Part shown: positions 1 to 13,260 of the stretch, piece after piece
Layout: each line of letters opens with the position of its first letter
Numbering within the stretch: the first letter of the stretch is position 1
Assembly (NCBI GenBank): GCA_964304625.1
Contig: OZ199839.1
Coordinates: forward strand, 1,376,221 to 1,440,220
DNA: 64,000 nt
From: Kudoa neothunni
Taxonomy: Eukaryota; Animalia; Cnidaria
Direction: 5' to 3'
Program-made: the position numbers and the translations under genes
The notes under the pieces: generated by a model
Databases searched by the model: none
The model's input: the letters and a program-made list of their open reading frames with translations, nothing else
Told to the model about the DNA's origin: nothing

Positions 1-439
1 ATGCGATAAAATCATTTTATGTTTATTTAAAAAATATTAAAACTTCTTACCTTTAATTAAACATGCAAAGTAAATAATTTATTCACGTGTATTAATCTTA
101 CGTTAAAAGAACAAATCTACGTTTACAACGAGCCCCCGCCTTCGCACGAACAAATGTTGTAAATCGTCTTAAGTACGTTCAAACGTAGAAAAGAACAAAC
201 TTTCAAAGTTTCAGCTGTATTGATACATGCAGTAAATTAGAATTATCTACGCATATCACTGAAACCATTAGGAAATCACGTACTGTGGTAATCTTATTAT
301 TGTCAGCTCTAGTCTGTTTACAAAAAGTTTACACTACAAATTCACCACTTTTTAAGAAAGAAGACAACCCCGTTATATTTTTTTAGTTAATTTTATAATT
401 TTTAAAGTACAGAAATAATCTCAAATATTAATTAAAGTC

Positions 440-2389
440 TCTGTATGAGGAGAAGATTAGTGCACACACACGGATACTACAGTCGAGATTCGATATTGCG
501 TAATTTTTGGGACCAAGGAAAAACTACGCAATAAAAAGGTTTTACGCAATATCGAGCCATTCACATGCGCATTTGTAAAAATATTCGATTTAAACTTGTT
601 TTGTGCGTTTGTCCTACTTTAAATCATTGCTAGTGAAAGAAAATAAATATAAGGAATTTTATTTAAATCAACCAGACAAAATTATTAATTTTTATGAAAA
701 AATGAAGTAATTTTAGTTTGGTGCCATCTTTGAGATGATATTTTTAAAATTCAATCCATTATCGGATAAAGATCGATGAGTCCAGATGGATCTTCCTGAA
801 TAAACATCTTCCTTAATGTACTTACGACATGCTTTATATCTTTTATTGGAACTTTTGGTTCTTCTTCATTAGATTCGATTTCATTCTGAATTGGATTCAC
901 TGTTGATATAAGACGTCGCCGTTATCATCATCAAAGTTGGTCTCCCATGTTTCCTCCTCGACTATAAAAATATTAAAATTTTATTGTATATTTATACTCT
1001 GTTCATCTTCGAAAATATTATCATTTGTTTCCGTCTCTGTATCTTCTATGATAATGGATTAATTTTTGAAGTTCGCATTAGCTTTTACTTTCGCTAAATA
1101 TACCCGACTTTTTAAAATAGTTGACAATAATTTCAGGTGGAATACTGTTCCATGCTTCTTGGAGTGTCAAAATTGCATTAAGTAATGTAAATTTATTATT
1201 TAACGAATCATCACATAATGCCATATGGCTACACAATATTTGTTTATATCTACTTTTAAGACAATTAATCACTCCGAGATCGAGTGGCTGTAAAACACTT
1301 GTAGTATTTTTCGTTGTTCTGACTCCATTTTAAAATTTAATTTTTTTCAGTATCTGGAAAAAAATAGCAGATGTCATCCAAGAATTTTGTTGGGCATAAT
1401 ACTCATAAGGTAAATTTTTTACCCCCTTGAAGCACCTGGGGTTTTGGTATTTCCCAATTACGACTAAGGACAACTTTTCTCCGCTTAAAGAGCACGATAC
1501 CAGGATCGTTATTCTTTTTTTCGATAGCTTTTTACCTTTAATGTCATTTTCTTCTTTTAATAAATAACTACTGTTCTGTAATTTCTCATCAAACAAACCA
1601 GTTTCGTCAATATTGATTATATTTTTTGGGCTGTATATGCTTATCAAATTTTTATTTTCATAGATCCACGAATCAATAGACGCGACGTTAGCGCTCGCAG
1701 CTTCACCATGAAAATGATTCCAAACCTTTTTTTAAACCCTGCTAGCCAACCCCTGCTTGCTTTAAAATTTTGAACTTTATTCTTTCTGGCAATTATGGTG
1801 GCCATTTCAAGTATTACGTCACCAGAAATAATGTGACCATTGGTGCGTTTTTTGATAGAACATCCGTAAACTCCTTCGTCTATGTTGATAAATCTTCCAT
1901 TTGAATGCCTCTTCCTATTTCCTGCAACATCTGAATTTTTCAGCTTGGTTTCATGAGAAAGAATTCTGTCAAGCGTTGAATGTTCTTTAAAAAATAAATT
2001 GTTATCGATTAAAAATAATCATACCATTAAGTTTAAACTTTTCAACCGTCATTTTCTTTGCGCCCTTTATTGATTTTATTGAATTGTAATATTGTATTAT
2101 TCTAATTTTCTCAGAAATTTCACGCTGCTCCCTGGACATATTGAAGATGAAATCACGCAATATCAAGTCGCGTTGGCAATTTACGTTACGCAATAAAAGG
2201 TTTTACGCAATACTAAATCAGAGGCACGTAGAAAAAATATTTTTTTATTTTTATTCCATATAATTAATTTAATAAATAAAGTAATGATATAACTCTAAAA
2301 TTAAGTCCCAATGTAAATATCTTCATATCGAAAATCTTAAATTACGCAATATCCAATCTCGACTTTACTACTTTATATAGTAGGATAGA
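440..2389 (-). mobile_element. Helitron-like element 5' end, interrupted by the Tigger
   Basis: Minus strand reads TCTATCCTACTATATAAAGTAG-TA-[Tigger]-GTATCCGTGTGTGTGCAC, matching the TCTATCTACTATATAAA...TCTGTCCGTGTGTG starts at 17530 and 59301. Left boundary not defined. Confidence 0.65.
480..2365 (-). mobile_element. Tigger/pogo (Tc1-mariner) DNA transposon, degenerate transposase
   Basis: TIRs CAGTCGAGATTCGATATTGCGTAATTT (480) and AAATTACGCAATATCCAATCTCGACTT (2339-2365), TA on both flanks. Minus-strand fragments include an N-terminal HTH-like piece (EKIRIIQYY), NIDETG...KKRITILVSCSLSGEKL...NSWMT and QPLDLGVINCLK (DDE_1/CENP-B type), broken by frameshifts and stops. Confidence 0.9.
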
Positions 2390-2418
2390 TATTAACTTAT
2401 ATAACGTAATTTTATAAA

Positions 2419-5400
2419 ATGATCAATGCCAAGAGAATCATATATCCTCTCATCTTTTTGATTGCAAATACGTGAATGCGTATTGTGCCGTGAAAAATTG
2501 ATTACGATTGATTTCCTTCTGATTACTTAGAATCTATCTAATTTCCGTGATATGTCTTTCAACTAATATTCAAGGTAATAAATCACCGCCCTTCAAGATA
2601 TTTTTGAAGGTGAATTAATACTTCCAAAATGTTTGTATTGATGCTTCATTGAGTTTAAGTCGAACAATAATTCTGTGTGTGTATATATATATGAATTATA
2701 ATCTGATCAAATTTTTGATTTTCATATTGAACGACAACTATCGTTCAATATCTTTTACAAAATATAATGAAAAACTTTATCCACCTTTTGGGAATTTGTA
2801 CTTTTTTGTCATGTATATACACATTCGACTAAAAATATTATTAATAACCTATAGCCTACTTTTTGCTTATATACACGCAAACGGCCCAAAGAGATGCTTC
2901 AAATCCAGTCCCTACTAAAAGCTCTTTAACTTACAAACTTCTAAAAGAGACAGGTGAATTGAAGATTAATTTGATATTAAGTGGAACCGATTATACTGGA
3001 GAGAAAAATTGTCATATTAAACAATCCAACAAAGATGACACAGATCTTGCTGAAATTACTACATGTCCTGGTCATGGTGCAGAAGAAATTAGTGGTAAAT
3101 GTGTTTGGAAATGCTCTGGAAATGAGAATAAATTAACTTTTGACAAGTCTTCTTCAAGTGCAAAGTATATTGCCGTTTTTACAAACGATGTTGCAACAAC
3201 CGCCTCAAATAAAAATAATGATGGGGCTGTATTTGGATTAGAGTTACGTAATTAAATCATCTAATAATTTCAATAAATTTCTTCTAGCATTATTGGTCAA
3301 TCCGCAAGTTACAATAACGATAAACGATCAAAAACTTAAATTGAGCACGAAAACATGTAAACCGGTGAAATGTCCGATATTTTACAAGGATGTGAAATAT
3401 GGGGAAGGGGAAGTTAAAAATACTTGCGCTGATAATAATGAAAGTGAAATGGAGTTTAATTTGATGATCCCACATTATGAAATGAAATGTGATAATTATC
3501 CCAGTTTCTTTTATAAATTGCAAAATAAATACACTCTACAAAAATTTGATGTTTATCGACCACAGTATTATGTGACCTCTAGTTCGAGTGCCGCAACGAA
3601 GTATATGCTAAAGTTTACAAACAAATTTCCCTTTGAAATGTGTCTTTTCAGTATAAGAGAAGTATTAGGAGCCAACACTAACAATGACTACACATCAAAG
3701 TGTGGTTCAGCGGATAAATGTTACGCACCTTGTAATAATGTTGAACTCGAATTCACGACTTCTATGTCTATTGTTGAAATATTGATTCAAACCAGACACG
3801 TATCGTTGGTTAAAAGTGACACCACATACGATGGATATATTCAGAAAAAATTTGGTAGTTCATTAATATTTAATATTGATTATCTTCTCGTAGTTGTCAA
3901 CGAAGACATTGCTCCTACATTATTGTCAGCACACGCATCGGCGGGTGTTACGCTAAACATTCCACTTTTTACGCCAAATAATGATATTAAATTTTCTAGC
4001 TGTACTGTAACTTATTATGAAGCAGACAAACTTAAACCTGCTGCTCCCGGAAGAGCGAAATGTGGAAGCACCGAAAAAGATTGTGATACTAGGTGCACAT
4101 CTGCTCTAACGATTACAGAACTTAGAAGTGGAAAACCATATATTCTTGAAATTGCAGCAGGAAATGACATTGGTATTGTTGCTAATTTTAAAGAACACAT
4201 ATTTTTTCGCACAGGTATACAACAGACAGAAATATCTTGTTTTTTAATGAATATATAGAAAAAAAATCTAGTCCTACCTTTTCTGAAACAAACCCAACAG
4301 TTAAGGATACAACCGCATCAATCAAAGCAATAGATGGAACTGACCCAATTACACAAGAAGACAAAACATGTGCTTACTATATAAGCCCACATGGAAAGGA
4401 TGTATATGTATGTGCAATGTGCGAAGATAGCTATCCCTGCAGGGGTTATTGCAAAGAGTCTAAAAAAATTATAGGATTAATGCCTGGAACTGAATATGAC
4501 CTCAAGGTAGTTGCACATGAGGATTATGGAGAAAAAGAGTACAAAATTAATACGAGTATATAAATAGTTAAATTCTAATTAAATAATTAATTCTATTTCC
4601 AAGCTTTGTCAACGCTTACATTACGATCGGAATTTATAGAAAAAGGCTTCAAGGTGGTAGGTGTACTGTCAACATCATATCCCACAGCTGTTTGTCACTA
4701 TAAAGTAAGAGTAAAGAAAGGGAAAGAATTTGAATTGGTCTATCAGTGCCCACCACTGGCTTTTATAGCAAACACTGGAGCAACCTCTACTGTATCCAAA
4801 GCTTCTAAACTAGCAATAGCAAGGGAAACTAATGAAAAACAACCACAAGATACGCCATCCTCAAATATAAAAACCGAAATCACTCCATGCACACAGCCAC
4901 CATTATGCACTGATATTATATTTAGTGAAGTATATGAGGCAGACAAAGAATATGAAGTTTTAGTTACGGCTGTTGGTAGATCTGCGGAAACTACCATCAA
5001 TATATCCATAAGTAATAAAACACCTAATTTTAAATTAATATCTTCTATATTTTAATTAAATTTTCGAAGATATTAAAAATATGTACGTTAATTCTAGCTA
5101 TACTCTCGGCAACCGAATTTACGCACTGCGGATTTTATGCACTTTTTTAAAAAAACAACTTAATGGCTCTCATATTAAATGTGTATATTCTAAGGTTTAT
5201 TGTAATTAATATCCCTCATTTTACAAATATAAAATCTTCATTTAATATCAAATAATGCCAAGATACGTAAAATCCGTAGTGACCAACTTTACGTACATCC
5301 TTATTCCGATTTCTATACTACTTGCGGGGTTTACGCAATCGTTAGCTTTGATCATTGATAGCCAGATGCGTTGAACATTGAAAGAAAAATATGAAATATT

Positions 5401-6498
5401 GAAGTTCTTTGAAACTCTTTCTCCTAAAAATGAAAAAAAAACAATTATTATTCGTTAATTCAAGATTCCCACATTATATTCTTTTTATGAAATAAAAAAG
5501 GATAAAAATGGCCAAATGATACTCGAATAGGAGATAATAAAGATTAAATGGTTGGTTTTAATGAAAATAAGGAAATTATGTAATCAGCTATGAAGGATAT
5601 AGAATAGGAGGAGGTTAAAATAACACCTATAAAGTTTCGTAAAAAGAAATTTATTGTGTGAAGTTGAAGAAGAGATTTATGAAATGTCGTTGAAAAATAT
5701 TCTACAATTCAAAATAACGGAATTTTTTCCATGTTTTAGAAACCAAATTAGAAATTCAATATTATTGTGTACATATAATTATAAATTAATAAAGTTTACT
5801 CACTTTATTTTTGTAATTTTTAAAGCCCTGATATAATTTTAACAAATAAAAATCTGTCGTTTTTTTTAAATTTTTTCGCGTGCGCCTGTTTGATACGTAA
5901 AATCGGTTACCCATTGTACTAAATTTTACTTTAGATCCACAGTCTATCCCCCAAAAGAATCGAATCAAATTAAATGTGGCGTTTACAAGAGAAGGTGAAA
6001 ACATAAAAGTTAAAACGTCTCTACCTGCAGGTGTTGATGAAAAGTCGTTATGCAGATGGGAATTGAAAAATTGGGATGATCCATCCAAACCAATCGTCCA
6101 AAAATGCATGACCCTTGGTGAGCAGGGTTGTTTAGATTTTCCATCATGCAAGGAATTTACAATTTCAAATGTGGATAACACCAACAATTACCGTTTGATG
6201 TTGTATCATAATACAGATAGCAATATTACTGGTTTTGTCGAAATCCAGAAAGGTAGTTGAATCGATGTTGTTGGTTGTTATTTCTGATAACTTGATTAGA
6301 TGATGAATCGAACAAATCCATGTAAAATATAATTTTTGAATTATTATTTATTTATTTTAGGTCGAAAAATACAATGTACTCATTTATGGGGATATCTTGT
6401 TAATCAATTATTTTAGAATTATTGCTGTAGTAGTCCCAGTGCTCATCATCGTTGTTGGCGTCGGGTTCTATTTCGGATACTGGAAAAATAAAAACTAG
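2419..6498 (+). CDS. Uncharacterised type I membrane protein with about 7 Cys-containing beta-rich (FN3/Ig-like) repeats, 10 exons
   Basis: Hydrophobic N-terminus (MINAKRIIYPLIFLIANT/IYLISVICLS). In-frame GT-AG exons 2855-3247, 3288-4214, 4259-4555, 4604-5011, 5935-6252, 6300-6321, 6361-6375 and 6417-6498, ending in TM IIIAVVVPVLIIVVGVGFYFGYW plus KNKN*. Confidence 0.8.
5103..5916 (+). mobile_element. Internally deleted Tigger-like element within an intron
   Basis: Degenerate TIRs (CTCTCGGCAACCGAATTTACG / CGTAAAATCGGTTACCCATTG), TA flanks, transposase N-terminal remnant KEKYEILKFFETLSP near 5380. Confidence 0.55.
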
Positions 6499-7030
6499 AT
6501 TTTTATTTTTGATGAACGCTTTCACAAATTGGCACTCGATTTAACAATAGCATTAATAGCATTAATAACATAAATATTATTTATTTGTTAGTTTTTTTCA
6601 TTTATTACTTTTAAATATATAATTATTTAATTTCTTTCATATTTTTTATTTCAAAAATTGTGTTTCTCTCTTTATTTTATATTATTTAATATAAAAAACT
6701 ATGATAACATAATATCATTATTTTAATAACTCTATTTGAAAAATTATTAAATTTTTGCAATAAATGACTTTTTTTATCATACAACAATTATTAAAGCATT
6801 ATACTTACCAAAACGGATGAATTTTGTGTATAATTTTTCCAAATATTATCCATTGTAATTTCGACCTTCATATGGTTATTAAACTACAATAATTGATATT
6901 AAAGAAATCATCAGTTAATGAGCTAACCTAGAATTCCACTATATTATTTGTATCAATTATAACTTAGGTGATGTAAAAAATAAATAATTCGATGTAGAAT
7001 ATACTTATCGTTATTATATTATCGAACAAA

Positions 7031-7053
7031 TTAATTAATTAATTAATTAATTA
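7031..7053. repeat. (TTAA)n palindromic microsatellite; further copies at about 29783, 30033, 45935 and 62173
   Basis: TTAATTAATTAATTAATTAATTA seen directly. Confidence 0.9.
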
Positions 7054-8834
7054 TTAAACAAGAACACCCTCAATCGATTTTTAGATTTTTTGAATAAACA
7101 AGTTAATTCCAAACACCTTTAGGATAGGAAAACACGGTTAAACTAGTTATTAAGAAATGTTCAGTCCATTTTAAATGAGACTAAACAATTTTTTCACAAT
7201 GTATTTTAGTAAACATTTCGAACCACATTAGTATTATCAAAGTATATTGGGCAAAAAAATAAAACTCCGAATGAACTCTTAGAGGAGTCAACATTCAGCT
7301 TCAATGTTTTTTTCACAACTCCATCGCACGGTCAGCAAACTCAGCAGTTGTAGTTGTAGATTACTGATTATACTCGTTAATCCCATAGGTGAATATTGAG
7401 ATTAATTTGGAAAGGATTTCCTTTTGAATCAGGCAATTACCTTTTAAATATAATTTTAAATCTAATAACCGGATAAGAAAAAATATTAGCTAATGAGAAA
7501 TAATGAAGGAAAAATGAAATCAATTACGTGTGTATGCATACACTTAACTGAAAGATAGTAATAAAGTATTTTCGAGTTATTCGTATTATTACCTCTCACA
7601 TCCAATTACGTTATTGTTGACTGTTGCTTTATTAGTTGAATTGAGTTTTCAACATAGAATAAATAGTTCCCAAATAAATATATCCTTAAAAAAACTTGTA
7701 TACATTAACTATCATAAGCTTTTCGTTCAATAGATTTCGTCATATTATCCATATAAATGAATATCCTACATTCAAAGAATTTTTACCACCCAAAGTAGTC
7801 TATAATTTAAATAGATATACTGAGGCCAAATTATTTTATGAACATATGTTTGATTATAATCATTAACAATTTCAGAGTTGTTTTTGTATGATTGCTCAAT
7901 AGCATTATCATGGAAATTTGTTGACGATCGAAAAATATACGCACTAGCAAACCCCAAATAACAAAATTACCAATCGCATGTCTTAAATTAATCCAAAAGT
8001 AATCTCATCACCCATCGGACTCTGTCGGCATAAGTTAAAAGTGTGGTTCCTTAAGGTTGTTACAGATTTAATTTTGATTTTATTTAGTCTTATTAATATG
8101 AAAATTAATTTTATATCGTAGAGTAATCATTGCATATCCTTTTTAATGATATTTCCAGCAGACGTTAGTCATTTTCTTTTTAGAAGAGTTATATTCAATC
8201 GACTTCTTTCAAACTGAATACTCAGAATTTATTAAATAAAATGGTGAATTATTATATCGAGAGATATCGCTGAATATAAGGTCGAGATTTAATTTTTAAA
8301 AATACTCAAATTAATATTTGAAGTGAAATATTGCATAAATGATCAAATTTCTATTTAAAAACAATAACAAAATATTTTGATCACATAAGCATTAGCAATA
8401 CTGTAAGCTGACATGTGGAAAAATCGGTTAATCTTCTTTTTTGGATAATTCAATGCATAAAGTTAATCATACTACCCTTAATCTTAGTATCATTCACATT
8501 TAAAGCTTATAGCGTCTTTTCTCGACACATCATTTTAAACAAACATTTACACTATAACTTTTGAGATTTTGAATAGTTGATAATTTATATTATCTAAATA
8601 AACAAAAAACATTATTCGCGCAAGCGTAAAATACAAATTGATTGTGCTTTTCATATAAAAGGGTTCTACTGTTATTTACCGCTAGTATCTAAATAACACA
8701 ATAATCTAATATAAATTAAAAGTTTAGACTCTCGCCTAGCATAAAGTTTGTTTGTTTGATTATGATAGATAATACCTGCTTAGCAACTTTCAGTTATGGA
8801 TTAGAGATGACTAGATATTTTAATATTATCACCA

Positions 8835-10156
8835 ATGGTGTTAGAACAAGAGTACACTGTTGAATATGTGCAAATCAAGTCTAGCGCAATGATATATGCG
8901 CGAACATTCTTCAGTATGGAAGTAAAGGACGTTTACCGAATGAATCTTGAGATGTTACAAAGACATCAACAAAACATCGACAGCATTGTGTACAGTTGCC
9001 CAAGAGCTTGTGTTCTTGTGAGGAATGAAGCTACAAACAAGTTGGTAATGTGTTGTTTTATGTCGAACAGTGAAAACTGCACGATATAATAAACCGATTA
9101 TTTTATGATATTAGCAACTAAAACCTAAAATTTTTAGGACAACTGCAAGATTGAGGGCACACTTTTTATAGTTTTAAAGTAACCCACTGTGGCATTGCAT
9201 TTAAATGATATATGATGGGCTCCTAGAAAAGGAACCACTCCTGCGGTGGCCGTTCTAGTTGTTGGTAACTCAAACGAGAACGACATCTATTCCGTGTATC
9301 TCTATTCGGACACCGAGATAGTTTTCGATCAATTTTTGTATATCAAAAACAAACGTCATGAAGGTTTTGATGAAAAAATTCGACGCTCAATCATTGATAC
9401 TTTGAATATTTGTTATAGTGAATGCGGTTTGGGTTTTGGAAGATTGGCGTTATTATGTTTTAGTAGAACTGTTAAAAAAGTTAAGTTTTATTGTTTCTAT
9501 CTGTGCCAATAAAGTGTCACATACATAATCTAATTTTAATATTTAGAATTATTGATAAAAAGTGCAATTATACACAAATAAAATATTTTTTAAAATCCAA
9601 TGATTATAAGCGTATTAGCGGGTGTGTTGATGGGCCCACCGCCCAACAAATGCTTAACATCACACGTCGTCTACCGAAAGACGAATCCATTAGTAATAGT
9701 TCAAGCGATTTAAAGCGATCAGATATGTTGACTAAGTTTGCTCAATCTCAAACAAGTAATGTCTTGTCTATGGTCACGTGGAACTTGGATTTTATTGTCA
9801 GCTCGTTGAGTTGACTACTACTACAGTTGTTGTTGTTGTTGTAGGACCCGACGTGCTATCGTCTTCAATCGAGGATTCCCCAATTAAATCCAAATCTCCG
9901 ATGAAGGGTAAATTTGTTTTGCCGATTTTTCTATCTAAATGTGAACCGGTTAGATTCATCGATAGCAATATCTGACAGCAACTCGAAAAGTCACACCTGG
10001 AGTGAATTCATCAAATGTAAATTAAACAAATCGGATGACTCAGAAAACAACCCCGCCGAACTCTCTCTAATGCGCGCCCATATAATCCGATGTTTGGAAC
10101 AAGATGATAAGCTTGTTCGTTCGCTTTATTATGTCCTTAGCCAAAACAACAAATAG
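8835..10156 (+). CDS. DCP1: mRNA-decapping activator DCP1 (EVH1 domain plus C-terminal trimerisation domain)
   Basis: Spliced product MNLEMLQRHQQNIDSIV...KIEGTLFIV...FDQFLYIKN...VNAVWV resembles the DCP1 EVH1 domain (MNLAALKQHDPYITSI...IEGTLFVY...IYSIWF). C-terminal MRAHIIRCLEQDDKLVRSLYYVL resembles the DCP1 trimerisation domain. Start may be the ATG at 8916. Confidence 0.8.
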
Positions 10157-10791
10157 AAAAACCATACATCAGCATAATTTCAAAATTGATTTGTCTATTT
10201 TATAAAATTTATAAACTTTGGCAACACATCAAGAGATATATTTGAGCATGAAAAAATGCTGTCACCTAAAAATAGTTATTAGAATGGAAAAATTATAAAT
10301 ATATCAAGTTTAGTTATTTTGCTAATATTTTAAAATTTTTAATTACTTATGTCTTTTATTACTTAAATCTCTTTTCTAACTTGGATAATCTAAAATATAA
10401 ATAGTATGCCTAGCCTCCAGAGCGTTAATTAGATTTTCAAGGGTTTTACCATTGTCGTGTTATTCTCGTAATTTTCAGAATGGAACTCATTGGGGGTGTC
10501 ATTTCTAATTAAACATTTTAATAATGTGAATTGGGAAATGATGAGTTTTAATATTTACTTTAGTTAGATTTTAAATAGGATTAATTGTTTGATTTTTAAT
10601 GCCTGCGCTACTCCTACAGAATGTTGGAGAATGGACAAAATTTTGAACTATCTGACTTTCTTTGGTAATGCATCGATAAGTCATGAGTAAGAGAATATAT
10701 TGAAATAATTTATTTTGATATTAGATTAAAAGTTTAAATGCCATATTTAAAAAATATCCTAGTAATTAATTTTCTATTAGATATCTTAGAA

Positions 10792-10940
10792 CAGGGGTTC
10801 TCAACCGGAAGAAAATTTTAAATGGCAGGAGGTAAATTGAGTGAAGTGAAAATTTGATAGGGACGATTTTTGCATAAAGGAGTTTATGACGTACATAAGG
10901 ATTTCCAAGAAATTATATTATTTAGGACTTTTAAACCCAA
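10792..10940 (+). mobile_element. hAT MITE end; same family inverted at about 51600-51711
   Basis: TCTTAGAA|CAGGGGTTCTCAACC; subterminal GGTAAATTGAGTGAAGTGAAAAT...TTGCATAA matches the reverse complement of 51620-51710. Confidence 0.6.
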
Positions 10941-11752
10941 TTAAAAGTAGGCAGAAGTGCTTAAAATATTTTTGGGAATAAACATTCACAACTATCTATC
11001 TATATAACATAATCGGTATCTTTTTTGTGACTCGTTTATTTTGTAGTGATGTCGCCCGGTCATGGGCACAACTTTTTGGGATGCCGGCCAAATTAACACC
11101 TTACAGACGCTCGGAGGGCCGCATTGTTGATTACGTGTTTTTTTGATAATTTAAATAGCTGTTGGTGGCTATTCTAAAATTTTTGGTACAATAAAAAAGT
11201 AAGTATATAAATTAATTTAAAAATTCTTCCAATTAGTAAGATCTAATAAGAATTAAATATATTTTTCAAATATAGAAATTTTATAATTGGCATACTATTG
11301 TAAGCTACGACTGAAATAATAGACTTTATACTTAATAAAGTTTAATTTTAACAGAAGTTGTGCAAAATTTAATAATATTCATTAAGTAAACATGATATTC
11401 AGTATAACCTATCCTACTCTAAAAGAGGCCTATATTATAAATATGATTATAATAAAGTTAACCCGAAAAATTAAATTTATGATATTTCAGATTACACAAA
11501 AATTTTGGTGACCTAAATATCATTAACGCATAGAACTAATTTTTTTTAATTTATTACGAATATTTCAATTCCAAAGTATGAGAAAAATAACTTGCAATTA
11601 AAAAATTCATCATTTTTGGGAATTATCAATGTAATATGATTTTTCAGAATAAAAATTCCACCCGACAAAATTATCAAATTATTATCTGTTACCCTTAATT
11701 ATTGCTTTCAATTTCACTTATTTATATCGATAAATATAAGAAATATTTACAA

Positions 11753-11785
11753 CTAGCGGGAACTGCCCAGCGTTGCTTGGGGAAG
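11753..11785 (-). mobile_element. Helitron 3' terminus
   Basis: Minus strand CCCAAGCAACGCTGGG hairpin followed by CAGTTCCCGCTAG|T. Confidence 0.6.
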
Positions 11786-13260
11786 ATTTCGCATAGATAC
11801 GTTTCTTAACAATATTCGAAAAATATATTAAAGCCTAAAACCCATAGATGCAAAATAACTAAAAATTTTCAAACAATATACTTTAACGATTTGGATTATG
11901 ATATTTAAATTATGTTCATTTCTTTGAAGGTGTGTTCCAATCCTGGCGTTCATTTAAAATTTCGTGGCTCGGCACCAACGCTAAATAAGCTAAGGTCAGC
12001 ATCCTATTTTTTTTATTCCCAAATTATTTAAATCCCGTTAAAGTGTTATCTAAAACGTTATTTTTTGATCGGAGGATTCTTTAAAGTCGGATTCTGGTCC
12101 CGCTCAATAACTGTGTGCACCACTATCTTTTAAAGAGATAAAAAAGTGGAGAAAATAATAGAGATAGAAGAAAACGTATGAAAATTCATTGATATTGCTA
12201 AAATTAATATCGTTTTGTCCGCAAAAACCTTAATGCGCTTTTTCTAACAAATATTTTAAATAATCGGATGAAATAACCATCTGCACTAAATTGAATCACT
12301 GAAAGTTCAACGTAACAGACGGTTTCAATGAAATCTACAGACACGGTACTTGCGTTATAGTGCTTCAATCTATCTGATTATAACACGCATAACCAACTCA
12401 ATAATAATGCAAATATTGACATTTTTTCGTATCTAAATCCACTAATAGAGCCTTCAAAATATGTTTATCAAGTCAATTACATTAAAACTCCCGATATAAG
12501 GAATTTATTTGTGCAAACAATAAAATAAACGTGCAAATCATATACATAAAGAAGGATAGCATCGTTTAATTAACATATGATGGAGCATATAAGGGATATA
12601 GTTAACTTCATTTAAATATTTTTTAATAGTCTCACTTAGGTATTAAATAATTAAAAATATATAAAGTCACATCGCTTTGTACCATGAAATTAAATAGGTC
12701 CAAGAAATACGCGAATAGTTACGTGTCTAAAATTTAATGAATAGAAAAATTAACTCGCATTTTTTTCTAATAGTTTTTAAAAAAATCTTTGAGCGTACCA
12801 AAAAAGCGAAAGAGAGAATGAGTATTGCCTGCTTAGGAAACGTGTTGACCGTTTCAGGTCGCACGGTGAGGTAAGTTTTTTTACCGTTCCCCATCATGAT
12901 ATGTGCTCTGTTACTCATGAAACAATAATATATAACTTAAATCAATATAATATTTATATTGTATCAATATATCTTAACTCCAAAAGTTAAATAATATTCT
13001 CCATCTCAAGACGATCCAACACGGCATGAGGCCCGGTTTTCTTGTGCCGTCCCAATTAGTCAAAGAATTTTTCATGACCCACACAAAATCTGGCATGGTC
13101 CCAAGTTGGGAAACACTGATCTAATGATTAAACTATTTAAGGCACTAACTAAAATTAATCAATTTATCCAAAATTCGGTCTTAATTATTAAAATTCTATT
13201 TTTTATATTTTAATAAAATTAAAATGAAATGTTTTTATTCCAATTCCCAGTGGTGACCCT

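Noticed and set aside
6481-6498. ER-retrieval dilysine motif in the tail KNKN
   Set aside because: Lysines are at -2 and -4, not -3/-4 or -3/-5.
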